A stretch of DNA of 63,036 nt, filler included, from Octopus bimaculoides (lineage: Eukaryota), in assembly GCF_001194135.2 (NCBI RefSeq). It is 8 parts of 7 records of this genome, joined end to end, with 100 filler letters (N's around TTAATTAATTAA, not from the genome) between each part and the next. Parts side by side here need not be neighbours in the genome. Positions count along the whole stretch, not along the records: positions 20,328 to 26,859 come from NW_026343229.1; positions 26,960 to 32,889 come from NC_068988.1; positions 32,990 to 44,951 come from NC_069006.1; 5 more parts are not named here. One strand, given 5' to 3'. Of this stretch, positions 25,715 through 36,880 are shown piece by piece. The translations under genes and the position numbers were made by a program. How positions within the stretch are numbered: the first letter of the stretch is position 1; each line of letters begins with the position of its first letter. The notes under the pieces were generated by a model. That model made no database searches. It had not been told where the DNA came from and worked only from the letters and a program-made list of their open reading frames with translations.

Positions 25715-26720
25715 TGGTAGGGACATCGGTATGGAATTTGGGATTACCAAATGCTCAAGTACTTAATATGAAAAGAGGGAAGAAAGCAGCCTGCAGAGGA
25801 TTGTGGTTACCACCAGGAGAGACCATGGGCGAACCCGACGGTAGAGGGTATAGGTATTTAGGGATTTTGGAGCTGGATGACATTCTACACAGAGAAATGA
25901 AAATCAAGGTCAGCGAGGCGTACCACAAAAGGGTGAAGATGGGGTTGAAATCCAACCTGAATGCCAAAGATTTTGATTACCGCAATGAATATCTGGACAG
26001 TTGTGGTGGTCAGATATAGTACGTCCATCCTGAAATGGACTAAGGAGGAGATATCAATACGGGATAGAAGGACGAGAAAGTTGATGACGCTGCATGGAGC
26101 AAACGTAAACAGATTGTATATGAAAAGAATGATGGCAGAGGACTAATTAGTATAGACCATTGTATAAGGAGTGAAAGGAGAACGCTTGCCGAGTATTTGA
26201 TAAATAGTGACGAAGACCTGCTGTAATATGCCGCGAAAGACATGGGTGTAAACGCAGATGAAATGATGGGCAAGGAAGAGTTTAACCAAAGAGCTGAGGA
26301 GAAGAGAAAAGAAGGCCTTCTAGAAATGAGAATGCATGGACAGTTTGAAAGGGATACACAAGACGTTAAGGATAATATAGCATCGTGGGTATGGCTTGAG
26401 CGTACCACCGAAAACACGATCATTGGTGCACAAGACCAGGCTTTCGTTACCAATTCGGTGAAGTTTGAATGCTGACTCTGTGGAAAATGTGACCCGCTTA
26501 GTAAGTGGAAGTGAGAGCCTTGCACAAAAAGAAAACAAGTGCCGCCACGATAAAGTGTGTGTGCATCTTCATTGGCTCTTATGCCGTAAATACCAATATG
26601 AAGTAACAGAGAACTGGTATGAGCATGTAAAGTTATGCAGAAGGATAGAAAAGTAACGATACTCAGGGACTATGATTTTCAGACGGATCGTGGAATCGAA
26701 CACCGTCGGCCAGATATTGA
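25715..26720 (+). pseudogene. R4/Dong-clade non-LTR retrotransposon fragment (RT C-terminus, thumb, CCHC, start of RLE)
   Basis: Across frameshifts: DIGMEFG; YRYLGILE; VVRYSTSILKWT...DRRTRKLMT; HGQF; IIGAQDQA; RHDKV..HLHWLLC..Y; DYDFQTDR.IEHRRPDI. Confidence 0.9.
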
Positions 26721-26810
26721 GAGAAAATACTGTTCCTTGACCCCGGCTTGAACTGTCTTAAGAACTTAAATAAATGTGAAAGAAAAACGCAGACATACAT
26801 GCATATATGG

Positions 26811-26859
<49 letters not shown>

Positions 26860-26992
26860 NNNNNNNNNNNNNNNNNNNNNNNNNNNNNNNNNNNNNNNNN
26901 NNNTTAATTAATTAANNNNNNNNNNNNNNNNNNNNNNNNNNNNNNNNNNNNNNNNNNNNTTTGACGCTAATATCCATTATTATTGAAATTTA

Positions 26993-27079
26993 TTCCTATG
27001 TCATCATTTCTGTATAAGGCTATATTTGACTGTCAAACTTAAGTCAAACATATAATTTGCCTTACACGTCTTCAGGGAA
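26993..27079 (-). ncRNA. Type I hammerhead motif H4 with long stem II
   Basis: UUCC-CUGAAGA-C-GUGUAAGGC[38 nt]GCCUUAUAC-A-GAAA-UG(AUGA)CA-UA/GGAA; canonical core, AUA site. Confidence 0.6.
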
Positions 27080-27355
27080 ATATATTTAAGAACAAACAAA
27101 GGATCAAACAAAAATCAAGAACAAGGGGTAAATACCAAGACATCTTCTCTAGGTTCCGCCCATATTCAAATTTGTCGTTAAATGAATCGTAATTTAACGA
27201 GTCATTTAATAATAATGGATATTAGCATCAAAACTCTCTTTTCAATTCAAAACTTTGGATATATAACCAAGGAGAACGATCCTTAAGGAGTCTAATTTAG
27301 ACCTTTTGCGGTGAAATCTCTTGCTATATTGGTAACGATTACATGTTTTTCTATG

Positions 27356-27449
<94 letters not shown>

Positions 27450-27468
27450 TGTGTGTGTTAGTGTCTGC

Positions 27469-27697
27469 ATAGTTTAGGACAATCACTAAGCTGTCATATA
27501 ATAGGACTCAGAGTTTCAAATGCCGGACTAAGAGCTACGATGCATTCTCATCGGCTATTATGAAAATAGACGCTATAAGAAACTGCTGAATAAAAGGGAA
27601 GTTTCTCTAATAGGTAGGAAAAATATAAAAGATAAATAAATGCATGCAACCATATTCTCAAAATACATAGAAACCTCCTGCGTTCATAACATCTGCA
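27469..27697 (-). mobile_element. About 228-bp PLE-type terminal unit containing hammerhead H5 (27498-27561, U4C core)
   Basis: Inverted copy of 29348-29575; AUAAUAG-CCGAUGA-GAAUGC..GCAUUU-GAAA-CUCUGAG-UC/CUAUUAU with a perfect 7-bp stem I. Confidence 0.75.
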
Positions 27698-28647
27698 TAC
27701 GTACATATCCACACACACACACGCATATATATATATATATANNNNNNNNNNNNNNNNNNNNNNNNNNNNNNNNNNNNNNNNNNNNNNNNNNNNNNNNNNN
27801 NNNNNNNNNNNNNNNNNNNNNNNNNNNNNNNNNNNNNNNNNNNNNNNNNNNNNNNNNNNNNNNNNNNNNNNNNNNNNNNNNNNNNNNNNNNNNNNNNNNN
27901 NNNNNNNNNNNNNNNNNNNNNNNNNNNNNNNNNNNNNNNNNNNNNNNNNNNNNNNNNNNNNNNNNNNNNNNNNNNNNNNNNNNNNNNNNNNNNNNNNNNN
28001 NNNNNNNNNNNNNNNNNNNNNNNNNNNNNNNNNNNNNNNNNNNNNNNNNNNNNNNNNNNNNNNNNNNNNNNNNNNNNNNNNNNNNNNNNNNNNNNNNNNN
28101 NNNNNNNNNNNNNNNNNNNNNNNNNNNNNNNNNNNNNNNNNNNNNNNNNNNNNNNNNNNNNNNNNNNNNNNNNNNNNNNNNNNNNNNNNNNNNNNNNNNN
28201 NNNNNNNNNNNNNNNNNNNNNNNNNNNNNNNNNNNNNNNNNNNNNNNNNNNNNNNNNNNNNNNNNNNNNNNNNNNNNNNNNNNNNNNNNNNNNNNNNNNN
28301 NNNNNNNNNNNNNNNNNNNNNNNNNNNNNNNNNNNNNNNNNNNNNNNNNNNNNNNNNNNNNNNNNNNNNNNNNNNNNNNNNNNNNNNNNNNNNNNNNNNN
28401 NNNNNNNNNNNNNNNNNNNNNNNNNNNNNNNNNNNNNNNNNNNNNNNNNNNNNNNNNNNNNNNNNNNNNNNNNNNNNNNNNNNNNNNNNNNNNNNNNNNN
28501 NNNNNNNNNNNNNNNNNNNNNNNNNNNNNNNNNNNNNNNNNNNNNNNNNNNNNNNNNNNNNNNNNNNNNNNNNNNNNNNNNNNNNNNNNNNNNNNNNNNN
28601 NNNNNNNNNNNNNNNNNNNNNNNNNNNNNNNNNNNNNNNNNNNNTTA

Positions 28648-28688
<41 letters not shown>

Positions 28689-29029
28689 ACCTACAACCGC
28701 AGATATACAAGCATTTGCATATTCATACACGTATAAAAGAAGCAGACGTGTACATGAAAGTCGCACTTATGCACCAGATACAGTCCTTCACATATATACA
28801 TAAATACATGCGTACACATATATTCACACGCACAGACATACACATTTAATATATATATACATATACATATACTCACACACATATACAATCACGCATTTAA
28901 AAAGGAAAAAAATGAACAAATATATTTAAAACAATTAAAAATGTTAAGACACATGGAAAGCTTGTACAGGAACATAGTAAAGAAGCAGATTCTATCCGTG
29001 ATCTTGGAGGCCCAAACCGTAATATGTAT

Positions 29030-29335
29030 TTTGTCATATGTGGACATGATCCCAAAAAGTTCAGTTCTTGAATTTAGATACCTCGCGGGGTCCAGGAAAC
29101 TTTTCCAGATGAGCCATTTTCCCATATCACAAAGACCGCACTTACCACTACCGTTGGTGTAAGGTTAATACCTGGCCAAGTTCTTCCAGTAAATTTTATA
29201 GCTGACACCTTGTTCTTTTAAGAACCATATATGACTGGATAATTTGGTCGTTTTTCGTTTATCCCGGTGTCTGAAGCTTAAGGAGTTATTATTGAGCCTT
29301 ACTTTAAAATTTCCCTCTGCGAGACCCACATATCT
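29030..29335 (-). pseudogene. Penelope-like element GIY-YIG endonuclease relic
   Basis: RYVGLAEGNFKVRLNNNSLSFRH...TTKLSSHIWFLKE..VSYKIYWK..ARY*PY..GSGKCGLC...LNSRTEL; matches the PLE endonuclease pattern. Confidence 0.85.
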
Positions 29336-29483
29336 CTTTGACGAAACTGTAGACGTTATGACTGCAGGAGGTTTCTATGTACTGTGAGAATATGGTTGCA
29401 TGTCTTTTTTATCTTTTATATTTTTTCCTACCTATTAGAGTAACTTCCCTTTTATTCAACGGTTGTTTATAGCGTCTATTGTC

Positions 29484-29548
29484 ATAATAGCCGATGAGAA
29501 TGCATCATAGCTCTTAGCTCCAGCATTTGAAACTCTGAGTCTTATTAT
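29484..29548 (+). ncRNA. Type I hammerhead motif H6 (U4C core)
   Basis: AUAAUAG-CCGAUGA-GAAUGC(19 nt)GCAUUU-GAAA-CUCUGAG-UC/UUAUUAU; predicted cleavage after 29541. Confidence 0.75.
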
Positions 29549-30039
29549 AACAACTTACTGATTGTCCTAAACTATACATATATAAATTCCTTTATCTAAT
29601 ATCGAGGTCTCATTCTTTTGTTGTCATTTTATTATTCTTATTTTATATATATATATATGGGTGCAGGACGTCACCAACAGTAAACAACATGAAATACGAA
29701 AACAAATGAGTTAAATACGCAAATAACGAGAGGAAAAAAGGAACAAGTAATACAAAGAATGACCCTTCATCAGTTGTCGGCTGTCTATCTACTCCCCATT
29801 TCGAGCAATCAACGACAATATGAGTCTTCGAAGACAGTTGCTCTGAACCTAAATAAAATAAAATAAATAAGCTTTTTCACGTTGTAAAATTTTAAAGCTT
29901 AACGAAATGAAACTAAAAAAAAAATCATATACATATAAAATATTAGGTAATTCACATTTATCCCTTAGGCATCATACCCATACCGATCTATGCCTCTCAC
30001 TATAGTATTAAAGTTATCTAGGGAACCTGCTGAAGAGTT

Positions 30040-30370
30040 ATGATAAAAATGCTGACATCGTATCGCTAATTCCTGCCTACGGTTAATAAGATTACTCAGT
30101 AATATAAGGATTTGGAATTAATCCTTTAGGCAAAGTTCACATCTACTTCTTCCTAATTCGTATGGTTTAGTTCGACTCAGGATTGACCATTTTAGCTCAT
30201 ATATTTCCCTAAGTTGCCATATTAGCTTGCTAAGTGATGTCACATTTTCTTTATTTTTGTAAATTTCGATCCGGTTTACTACTGCACATTCATATACTAT
30301 GTTCCTTTCTAAACATAATTTATTTATAACACATTCCCTATCCCCTCTACTGCTACAACTGGCCCTGTCC
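30040..30370 (-). pseudogene. Second PLE GIY-YIG relic (internally deleted)
   Basis: C..NKLCLERNIVYEC...TSLSKLIWQL..YELKWSIL.RTKPY..GRSRCELCLKD*...LINRRQEL..RCQH. Confidence 0.8.
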
Positions 30371-31966
30371 TTATTGTTGCTACCTGTGCAGTTATTACCA
30401 CTATTATCGTTATTATCATTGCTATTATTATTATTATTGTTATAATTACCGTTACATTTACTATCCTTATTATTGTTATTGCATGATGTAATGCTTCTAT
30501 CCATCAATAAGAAAGAAAATGTCTGAAACAGCTGTAGTGAACCGCAATCCATCTGATGTTATTCGTTTTTATCATTCACCTAGCTCAGAACCTGCAGCTC
30601 GCTTGGATCTGGAGTCTGTTGAGTGCAGTGCAATGAGTGCTGTGTTTGTACCCATGTGCAACCTTGATGACTCGTTGTAAATTCAGTCGGCCATTTGTGA
30701 TTGTACGCACAACCGGAATAGAAATCTGTGTTTATTTTTAGTAAGTACGTATTTGACTTCAAATATTTTTTGTACACGATAGCGATATCACCGACCTGCC
30801 CTTGGTGCTTTACTATTTAAGTGCCTGATTAGCTTGAATCCGGGAAATTTTTATATGTATGTATGTATGTATGTATTATGAGTGAGTGGTGTGTGTGCGT
30901 GCGTATGTGTTTAAGATTTATTTCGGTCATCCGAAACAAAGTAGCTGGAACATTTTTAGAGAACGAAAATATTTCTACTGTATACCTTGTATTGAGTACT
31001 TTTTTCCATTCATTACCAGTAATGCTTGTATGCATGTATGTGATGTATGCACTATAGTATCATGAGATATGTCTATTTATCACACAGTCATTTAGATGTT
31101 GTTGGTGAATGTCCAAAAACGATGAGTGACACTAAGGTTAATCCCTAAGGGAGACAATGCTTCAAGAAAGTTTCTTTCTAATATGATTTTAAATAAATTG
31201 ACTTCTAGAAAACAATATAAACTGAAATGAAGTAGACGTCATTTTGGGGTAAAAATTCTCCGGCTAATTTTCACATCTTTTTATTGATAGTTTATTATCG
31301 ACTATTGGTTCTAGTGGTGTGAATAAAATGTTTAAAACATGCACCACATATCTGTTAATGAATATTTCATTTCATATCTCAGTTTATAAATAATAGTTTC
31401 ATTTGTTACAGGTTTCAAACGAGACAATCACTGATTCATTGTTTAGGGCGGCGACAAGGATAAGAAATATTCGATGTAATTCAGAGCAGGACAAATATTA
31501 GATGAATTTGAGAATGTACAAATTAGTCAATTGATCAGTCAATCAATCAATCAGTCAATCAATCGGTCAATCGATCAATCAATTCACCAACCAATCAATC
31601 AATCAGTCAATCAATCAATCAGTCAGTCTGTTGGTCTGTCTTTCCCAGTATTCATTTACATATCTCTGCATCTCCCTCTCTCAATTTCTGTTTCTCCACA
31701 CACACACACACACGCACACGCACACACACACACACATACACACACACGTGTGCACGTGCGCACACGCACACACTGATGTAAAGACAGGTGAGCAGATTAA
31801 CAGACGGACAAATGGATTAAATAATACAGATTGAAAAACTGAATGCACATCGGCTGGCTGGAAATTCAATTGAAATATATCAATAAATTAAGACAAAAAC
31901 ACAAGTAATATACATACAAGCATACATACATACATACATATAAAAGTACGTATGTATAGATATAAG

Positions 31967-32032
<66 letters not shown>

Positions 32033-32369
32033 CATGTACATACACACAGGTATGTATGTGTGTATGCCTGTCAGCCTGCCTGTATATTCTTTAATTCTTT
32101 CTTTTACTTCTTTCAGGGGTACAAACACAGACACACACACATACAAATATATGCATATATATTTATATATATATGCATATATATGCATATTATATATGCA
32201 TATATATGTTCATGCGATATTATTAGCATCACCCTGCGTTCAATACATCTCAAGGTTTCTAAAAGCAAACTTTGTTCACTTTCAAACGTTCAACGTAAGC
32301 TGAATTTAACGTACGATAGCGTCTTAAAAACTAAATTTATATATCCTAAATTTGCAGAATTTGTCGTTG

Positions 32370-32442
32370 GGTCAGTGTAGCTTAATGGTAAAGCACTTGA
32401 CGCGTAATCACAGGGATGTGAATTTGAATCTCATGGCTGGCC
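32370..32442 (+). tRNA. Degenerate tRNA-Thr(CGT)-like sequence, probably a pseudogene
   Basis: Cloverleaf: acceptor GTCAGT/GCTGGC, D-arm GCTT-AATGGTA-AAGC, loop CGCGTAA, T-loop TTTGAAT, TTTT about 10 nt downstream; defects at U33, G53 and the anticodon stem. Confidence 0.5.
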
Positions 32443-33416
32443 GCCGACAGATTTTATTGCAAAATATGGATAGTTTATCCTGTTCATGCTATATTATTAG
32501 CACCACACTGCGTTTGAGAATAAAATTATTTCCTTATCTGTATCTTTATATATATATAAGTCAGTAAATAGTGGGGTTGTGTTAACCGCACGTGGAGAAA
32601 TAATAGGAAAATGAAAAAAAGCCAGAATGCTGAACTGGAAGCATAATTTAATAAAGATTTTTTCTAACCGGTTTTCATTGCGAAGAGGCAAATTATCAAG
32701 AAGGAGAATGAAAATGTTTTTTTACAAAGAAGTACAAAATGAAGAAAATAATATATAAAACAATAATATATAAAAACATAAATATACCCATACATTATAT
32801 TGTCTTTGAGCTTTTGTAGTTCAATAGTAGTTCATGTATAAATTGGTAGGAAAAATAAGGATGCATGAGGGTTGAGAGTTTTGTTAGGTNNNNNNNNNNN
32901 NNNNNNNNNNNNNNNNNNNNNNNNNNNNNNNNNTTAATTAATTAANNNNNNNNNNNNNNNNNNNNNNNNNNNNNNNNNNNNNNNNNNNNTTTTTTTTTTT
33001 TTTTTTTTTGCCTTCCTTCTTAGTATATTTAGTATCAGGATTTTGGAATTTATACTTAATTTTAGTATTATTTCTACACTTGTGCTATTGTTTTTCCTGT
33101 TTTTAAAACTTTGGCCATTAATCCTGGGGTTTATTGTCTTATCTATACTTGCTTCATTGATTTTATTATCATTTGTAGCTTTATTTTTCCTACTATGTAT
33201 TATATTTGGGTCATTTGTTATTTTGTTTTTCCTATTTACATTAGAGATGCATTTACTAGGTCTATGATATTTTTTATTTAGTGCTTACATCCTGCTTCTA
33301 TATGAATCAAGGCTACCATTGGTTTCATGCTCGGGAAAGTAGGAATGAATGGTAGTCTTAATTCACAAATAAAGAAATTATATCCACTATTTTTATTGTT
33401 CGATATTTACATATAT

Positions 33417-34000
33417 AGGCGTAGGAGTGGCTGTGTGGTAAGTAGCTTGCTTACCAACCACATGGTTCTAGGTTCAGTCCCACTGCGTGACACCTTGGGC
33501 AAGTGTCTACTATAGCCTCGGGCCAACCAAAGCCTTGTGAGTGGATTTGATAGACGGAAACTGAAAGAAGCCTGTCGTATATATGTATATATATATATGT
33601 GTGTGTTTGTCCCCCCAACATCGCTTGACAACCGATGCTGGTGTGTTTACGTCCCCGTAACTTAGCGGTTCGGCAAAAGAGACCAATAGAATAAGTATTA
33701 GGCTTACAAAGAATAAGTCCTGGGGTCGATTTGCTCGACTAAAGGCGGTGCTCCAGCATGGCCACAGTCAAAATGACTGAAACAAGTAATAGAGTAAAGA
33801 GTAAAATATATATGTGTGCATGTTTGTCCCCTGCCATCGCTTGACAACTGTCTCCATAACATAGCGGTTAGGCAAAAGAGATCGATAGAGTAAGTTCTTG
33901 GCTTACAAAGAATAAGTCCTGGGGTTGATTTCTTCAAATGAAAACCCTTTAAGGTGGAACTCCAGCATGGCCACAGTCAAATGACTGAAACGAATAAAAG
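33417..34000 (+). mobile_element. SINE A full-length followed by a second diverged 3' half
   Basis: Near-consensus copy 33417-33790; 3' half repeated at 33810-34000. Confidence 0.9.
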
Positions 34001-35370
34001 AATTTTATGACAAGGCGTAAAAAAATTATAAATGTAAAAAAACTGTTACATATTTTCAAATTTGATGGAATTATTTCTATATTGAATCAAATAAGCTGAT
34101 GTCTTGGAGGCAGGCACGTGGTCTAATGGTTTGCATATTCAGCTCACAATTGTAATGTTGTGGGTTCTTTTCCTGGACTGGGTGGTGTGTTCTATCCTTG
34201 AGCAAGGCAATTCATTCCACATTGCTCCAGCTGGGTGTTGGCACAGCTCTCCCCATCTCTTTCTCTCCATCTCTCTCTCCCCATCTTTCTCTCCCAACTG
34301 TCCCATCTTGAATATGCTGCCGGGTTAAAGGGTAGGAGTGTTGAGAGGATGTCTATGTTAGCTCCTGGGCCACATTCGCCCCTCAAACATCCTCCCAGTG
34401 GCCCTCACCAACAGTCTTCTCTCCTTAAATATAATGTTTCTTTAATTCATTTGTTTTACTTTTTTCTTTTTTTTTTTTGTGCAGCCCCCTAAAAAACAAT
34501 CCAGATTGCGGATCTTGCCCAGCTATTAAAATGGCCAAGAACCACTGATCCAGGCACCTACCTAAATCAATTAGCTTAAGCATGGTTCACATTTCCAAAC
34601 CATACTTGCTTGTGGGTGATAGTGACATTTTAACCTTTGTTAAAGTTTAAGAGCCAGCTCGCTTAAGATTTCTGTTAAACTGACCTTCTTATCTGAAGGG
34701 AAAACAAACATCGCAAGAGCTTTGATCCATGCAGAAACTGCAAGAGCTGCTTAACCCTTTAGCATTGAAACCATTCATATCCAGCCTAAATATTCTAATG
34801 TTCAAACTGGTCAGATCCAGCCTCTCACACCTATCCTACAATGTAATTTTAAACATAAACAATCACATCATCAAAATGTTGAAGCTACAAGATAATCTAT
34901 AATTAATTCAAAATGATGTGAATAAATAAGGATTACATTAGACAAAGTAATATGAATGCTAAAGGGTTAAGGATACTACAAGCTCTTCTCCTTATGGTGA
35001 CTAAAGCTTCTTCTCCTCGTGGTGACTTCAGCAGGTATCTCATAGTCACAAGCAATTAATCCCTTATCTTGATTGGCTAAGAAGGGTGAAACAAGCAATA
35101 AAGAAAAATAATGAAGGTGAATTAAACATAAGACGTCCTTTGCTCCACACAGATGTTGCAAGAATTGCTTAGAGATTGAACATTGGGACTCACAGAGGCA
35201 ATGACAGGAGTCCAGAACCTTTGGAGATATGCTGTGATTGAGAAAATCCGGCAACTAGAGTGAGATTACAGCCACGTATGTCTGGCCCTGTTAAGAATAC
35301 CCCTGATGCGTTGGGTGATATATGCTTGAGAAAACCTGTTGAGTCAAGTAAAAGCAATATCATAGCTGTG

Positions 35371-35780
35371 GCCAGTGCCCCCTGACTGGCTCCCGTGCCA
35401 GTGACATGTATAAAGCACCATCCGAATGTGGTCGATGCCAGGTTCGCCTGACTGGCTCCCGTGCTAGTGGCACATAAAAAGCACCAACCAAACATGGCCA
35501 ATGCCAATACCTCCAGACTGGCTCCCGTGCCAGTGGAACGTAAAAAGCACCATTCAAACATGGTGAATGCCAGGTCCGCCTCACTGGCTCCTGTGCTGGT
35601 GGCACATAAAAAGCACCTACTACACTCTAGGAATGGTTGGTGTTAGGAAGGGCAACCAGCTGTAGAAACATTGCCACCTCAGATTGGAGATTGGTGCAGC
35701 CGCTGGCTCTCCAGACCTCAGTCAAACCACCCAAGCCATGCAGGCATGGAAAACGGACATTAAACGATGATGATGATGAC
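35371..35780 (+). mobile_element. Family D (RTE-like 3' end, GAT tail) preceded by 3.75 x 66-bp tandem units
   Basis: Units start at 35371, 35437, 35503 and 35569 (core GACTGGCTCCCGTGCCAGTGGCAC-TAAAAAGCACC); tail TTAAACGATGATGATG. Single-unit copy at 36123-36335. Confidence 0.75.
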
Positions 35781-36496
35781 GATAATGTTGCAAGCTCTTC
35801 TCCTCATGGTCACAAACAACCTCTTATCCTGATTGACTGAGAAGGGTGAAATAAACAATTCAGAAAAATTATGGACTCAAATCTAAGCACAAGGCTGGCA
35901 ATTTCAAGGGGAGTGGAGGAGAGTCAATTACATTGACCCCTGCTACTCAACTGGTACTTATTTTATTGACCCCAAAAGGATGACAGGCAAAGGTGGCCTA
36001 GGCAGAATTTGAACTCAGAACATAAAACAAACGAAATGCCACTAAGTATTATGTTCGGCATGCTAACGATTCTACCAACTCAAAGTAATAAAAAGGCCAG
36101 CAATTTTGGTGGGAGGGATTTGGCCAATGCCACCTGACTGGCTCCTGTGCCTGTGGCACGTAAAAAGCACCCACTACACACTTGGAGTGGTTGGTGTTAG
36201 GAAAGGCTTCCAGCAGTAGAAACCTTGCCGAATCAGATTGGGGCCTGGTGCAGCCTCCCAGCTTGCTAGTCCTCAGTCAAACCGTCAAACCCATGCCAGC
36301 ATGGAAAGCGGACGTTAAATGATGATGATGATGATTGACCCCAATCACTCAACTGGTACTCATTTTAATCAGTCATCAAAAGGGACGAAAGGCAAAGTCG
36401 ACCTCGGTGGAATTTGAACTCAAAACGGACTGGCAAAGCATTTTGTCAGGCAATTCTACCAGTTCAAACTAATAGAAATGAAAAAAAAAAAAGTTA

Positions 36497-36880
36497 GGCG
36501 TAGGAGTGGCTGTGGTAAGTAGCTTGCTTACGAACCATATGGTTCCGGGTTCAGTCCCACTGCGTGGCACCTTGGGCAAGTGTCTTCTACTATAGCCTGG
36601 GGCCGACCAAAGCCTTGTGAGTAGATTTGGTAGACGGAAACTGAAAGGAGCCCGTCGTATATATGTATATATATATATATGTTTGTGTGTTTGTCCCCCC
36701 AACATTGCTTGACAACCGATGATGGCGTATTTACGTCCCCGTAACTTAGCGGTTCGGCAAAAGAGAATCGATAGAATCAGTACTAGGCTTACAAAGAATA
36801 AGTCCTGGGGGTCGACTTGCTCGACTAAAGGCGGTGCTCCAGCATGGCCACAGTCAAATGACTGAAACAAGTAAAAGAGT
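36497..36880 (+). mobile_element. SINE A full-length
   Basis: Colinear with 33417-33790. Confidence 0.9.

Noticed and set aside
29760-29785. Minus-strand CTGATGAAGGG in a PLE-rich neighbourhood
   Set aside because: No downstream GAAA or stem III; at most a decayed core.
33043-33267. 74-aa highly hydrophobic ORF, possible small membrane protein or NUMT
   Set aside because: TTG start on a T-rich strand gives F/L/I by composition; there are no diagnostic mitochondrial motifs and the antisense frame is equally open.
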